DNA of 64,000 bases, from contig OZ281494.1 of NCBI GenBank assembly GCA_965637545.1, positions 6,572,001 through 6,636,000 of the forward strand, given 5' to 3'. Within the stretch, counting starts at the first letter, position 1, and every line of letters starts with the position of its first letter. The notes under the pieces are model-generated. The model saw only the letters and a program-made list of their open reading frames with translations, made no database searches and was not told the DNA's origin. A program made the position numbers and the translations under genes. This DNA is from Phallusia mammillata (Eukaryota). Of the stretch, positions 63,344-64,000 are shown one piece after another.

Positions 63344-64000
63344 TTAGGTTGCTAGTTTATTATGGTACTTGTTGGCAACATTCTCTTTGAAATTTTCGTA
63401 CACCCGCTCGTTTGAATTTTGACCGAGAGTGGATCCTGCAAAAACGTCATATCACTCGCTTAACTAGTTTTTGTCTCCGTGCACTTTCCATTCCTCACCT
63501 TTTGTTGTTTGATTTTGTGACTTTGCGTTTTTTTCTTGGTGAGACATTTTTTTACGTAATAGCAAAACTACCAACACGACAATCACAAACACCAGAAACA
63601 CCATTCCACCAGCCAAAATCCAAAGGATTGTCAGATAAATACCACCATTGTCCACTGGTTGGTTTGTAGGTGAGGATATAGTCAATGCTAAAACATACGA
63701 CAGGGTAACCTCGTGTATAGGCTTAAGTGAGGCCTTCCTGAGTATTTATTGAAACCATAGTCATCGCATTTAATGTTTTCTGACTCAAATTAACAAAAGA
63801 TTTAGTTAATGTCCAAATGCTGTAGGATAAATTCCTGAATAGGATGAAAATGGCTAATTATTTGACTTTCAAGTTTTAAACGAAATGATAGAAAATATAA
63901 TGCTCTTCTCACCTGGAGGAAAGCAACTCGCCGGGGGATTTCCGAAGGTGGTTACGGTAAGATTGGAAGTGACGTTGGCCGTCAGCACACCAACAAGCAT
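63344..64000 (-). CDS. 3' end of an FN3-TM receptor related to the RPTP ectodomains, with a short Tyr-motif tail and no phosphatase domain (5' part outside the window)
   Basis: ..TANVTSNLTVTTFGNPPASCFPP| matches the RPTP FN3 ends; TM IYLTILWILAGGMVFLVFVIVVLVVLLL; last exon GSTLGQNSNERVYENFKENVANKYHNKLAT*; AATAAA near 63085 on the minus strand. Confidence 0.7.

Overview
AT-rich metazoan genomic DNA with many 50-90 nt GT-AG introns. The compact style is ascidian/tunicate-like, but that assignment is inference. The window is an actively rearranging cluster of cell-surface and secreted recognition-type genes with three parts. (1) From about 0.7 to 45 kb there are 13 copies (X1-X13) of a single-pass receptor family I cannot assign to a named family. 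It has a signal peptide, one ~150 aa Cys-rich CUB-like domain (C-x7/8-SG-x-L...C-x-W...LP | WC...C...C...WPP...SYQF-x-DC), a Thr/Ser-rich stalk, a TM helix and a tail with Tyr motifs. Some tails carry an ITIM (VVYNDL); others carry YxxL / DxY[LI]x[PS]I motifs or a charged TM. Most copies are broken, and part of the array is a tandem segmental duplication (3138-9743 / 9743-21808). (2) At 30-35 kb a convergent pair of pentraxin-domain genes (one intact, one pseudogene) is followed by a small TM protein with an ITIM-like motif at 38.8-39.6 kb. (3) At 46-64 kb on the minus strand there is a C-type lectin + FN3 receptor tyrosine phosphatase with an intact D1 active site, a paralog that lost D1 by deletion plus inversion, a lectin exon relic, and the 3' end of a phosphatase-less paralog. 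Mobile DNA comprises three hAT MITEs (one in an exon, with its empty site visible in the paralog), a CACTA-type MITE, a tRNA-derived relic and two Penelope-like relics carrying minimal hammerhead ribozyme folds. Exon structures were deduced by hand from splice signals and paralog alignment, so some boundaries are approximate.
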